Shown: positions 62,629 through 64,000 of the stretch, piece after piece
Layout: each line of letters opens with the position of its first letter
How positions within the stretch are numbered: the stretch's first letter is position 1
From: Oscillospiraceae bacterium
Lineage (GTDB): Bacteria; Bacillota; Clostridia; Oscillospirales; CAG-272
DNA length: 64,000 nucleotides
Assembly (NCBI GenBank): GCA_015064415.1
Contig: SVSG01000001.1
Location: 76,206-140,205 of the forward strand
Direction of reading: 5' to 3'
Translations under genes and position numbers: made by a program
Notes under the pieces: model-generated
The model's input: only the letters and a program-made list of their open reading frames with translations
The model's database searches: none
What the model was told of the DNA's origin: nothing

Positions 62629-64000
62629 GAGCGACCTCCTACGGTAATTTTCTTGACACGGATCAAGGGCTGGCCCACGTCGGTAGGCACGCTACCGCTG
62701 GAGGAGCCGCACATGCCCTGCCCCGTGGCAAGGTTCTGACCCACCATATCGATGTCCTGCAGGATCTGAGAGCCGGTGCCGATCAGCGAAGCACCGCGCA
62801 CGGCCTCGCAGATCTTACCGTTGCGCACGATGTAGCCCTCCTGCACGGAGAAGTTGAACTCGCCCGTCAGGGGGTTCACGGAGCCGCCGCCCATTTGCTT
62901 TGCGTAAAGGCCGTATTCGATGGAATCGATAATGTCCTCGTTTTTATCGGGACCGTTGTCAATGAAGGTGTTTGTCATACGGGAGGTGGGCTCAAAGGTA
63001 TAATTTTCGCGGCGGCTGTTTCCCGTCATGGGCATGCCCATGCGGCGGGAGCCGAGGCGGTCCACCATATAGCCCTTCAGAATACCGTTTTCGATCAGCA
63101 CGTTGCGCTGTGCGGGGTTACCCTCGTCATCAATGCCGAACGAGCCCCACGCACCGGGAATGGTACCGTCATCGATGGCGGTCACCTTGGGATTGGCGAT
63201 CTGTTGCCCGAGCTTTCCCGCCATTTGCGAAGCGCCGATGCCAACGGAGGTTGCCTCCAGCGAGTGCCCGCACGCCTCATGGAAAATAACGCCGCCGAAG
63301 CCGTTTTCAATGGCAACGGTCATCGTGCCTGCGGGACAGTACACAGCGCCAAGGTTGGTGAGGGCCTGCTTTGCGGCACGCTCACCAATGTCGGCAGGAC
63401 GTACCTTTTCAAAGAATTCGATGCCCATACCGGCACCGGGGCTGTAGGAGCCGGACTGATTCTCGCCCGCATCACTTGCCACTGCGTTGACGGCAAGACG
63501 CGTACGCACCTTGCGGTCATCGGCAAAAAGCCCCTCGGTATTGGCAACCATAAAGCAACGGTTGACGTCAAGATAAGTGCCCTGCACCTGCGAGATCTTG
63601 TCGCTCACGTTACGGGCGGCATCGCACGCCTCGCGCAGAAGATCTGCCTTCGTGGCGGCAGGCACGTCGGAGGGATTGCGCAAAATCTCGTCTGCCGGCA
63701 CCACGGATTTGATCAGCGCGGGAACAGCGATCCCCTTCTTCGCCTCACCCACGGCACCTGCCAGATTGGCGGCGCACTTCAAAAGTCCCTCGCGGGAGGT
63801 ATCGGAGGTTGAGGCATAGTAAGTTTTGGTGCCAAGGAACGCGCGGATGCCCACGCCGGACAGCATCATATCCTTCACGGACTCAATTTTGCCCGAAACC
63901 AATCTCAGCTGATAGGAACGCTCCTGCTCGGCAAATATCTCAGCGAAATCCGCCCCCGTGGAGACGGCGATGCCAAGCAACTCCTCTATCAAAGCTTTCG
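62625..64000 (-). CDS. tldD: TldD family metalloprotease (5' end probably outside the window)
   Basis: HEACGHSLE metal-binding motif. The track start at 63992 is a TTG and the frame stays open to the window edge, so the N-terminus is likely truncated by the window. Confidence 0.85.
   Translation of the reverse strand, partial: KALIEELLGIAVSTGADFAEIFAEQERSYQLRLVSGKIESVKDMMLSGVGIRAFLGTKTYYASTSDTSREGLLKCAANLAGAVGEAKKGIAVPALIKSVVPADEILRNPSDVPAATKADLLREACDAARNVSDKISQVQGTYLDVNRCFMVANTEGLFADDRKVRTRLAVNAVASDAGENQSGSYSPGAGMGIEFFEKVRPADIGERAAKQALTNLGAVYCPAGTMTVAIENGFGGVIFHEACGHSLEATSVGIGASQMAGKLGQQIANPKVTAIDDGTIPGAWGSFGIDDEGNPAQRNVLIENGILKGYMVDRLGSRRMGMPMTGNSRRENYTFEPTSRMTNTFIDNGPDKNEDIIDSIEYGLYAKQMGGGSVNPLTGEFNFSVQEGYIVRNGKICEAVRGASLIGTGSQILQDIDMVGQNLATGQGMCGSSSGSVPTDVGQPLIRVKKITVGGRS

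Noticed and set aside
1-64000. Search by eye for tRNA/rRNA genes, CRISPR-cas, transposases, integrases, reverse transcriptases, toxin-antitoxin pairs or known defence-system genes.
   Set aside because: None of the translated ORFs shows the hallmark motifs, and the intergenic regions are short and accounted for by promoters and terminators. The only repeat-rich DNA is coding (the lipoprotein) or the single palindrome at 46931-47050.

Overview
This 64-kb window comes from a high-GC, spore-forming Firmicutes/Clostridia chromosome. That inference rests on PolC, cwlD, spoVF/dpaAB, the ECF module and TRTG-type extended -10 promoters. I see about 52 protein genes and no tRNA, rRNA, CRISPR array, transposase, integrase or recognisable defence gene. 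Most of the window is conserved housekeeping on the minus strand: rpsB-tsf-pyrH-frr-uppS-cdsA-dxr-rseP-ispG-polC, dpaA-dpaB, pncB, polA, ruvC, ecfA1-ecfA2-ecfT-truA, a ClpE-type ATPase, argS-yebC and tldD/pmbA. The plus strand carries radA, cwlD, an orphan ACP and DUF951-ruvA-ruvB. Both window edges cut genes: a ComEC-like N-terminus at 1-660 and tldD at 62625-64000. Accessory insertions sit between the core blocks. (1) Three tandem paralogs of an unrecognised ~455-aa cytoplasmic protein plus a PHP phosphoesterase lie back-to-back with glgCD; this is my best candidate for an undescribed system. (2) A 1,810-aa lipoprotein is built from two BspA-type LRR blocks and about 13 copies of a His/Trp/Cys-rich module, and it contains a 210-bp perfect internal direct repeat. 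(3) An AT-rich islet after ruvB holds a small 4-TM protein whose leader carries a 120-bp imperfect palindrome. (4) An 889-aa secreted, C-terminally anchored protein is ATGA-coupled to pncB, followed by an Fe-S aldo/keto reductase and DUF1893. (5) A GH78 rhamnosidase lies 14 nt behind polA. (6) An MBG-repeat lipoprotein sits next to an orphan flippase. All family calls come from reading the translations and from memory of the families; no database search was possible.
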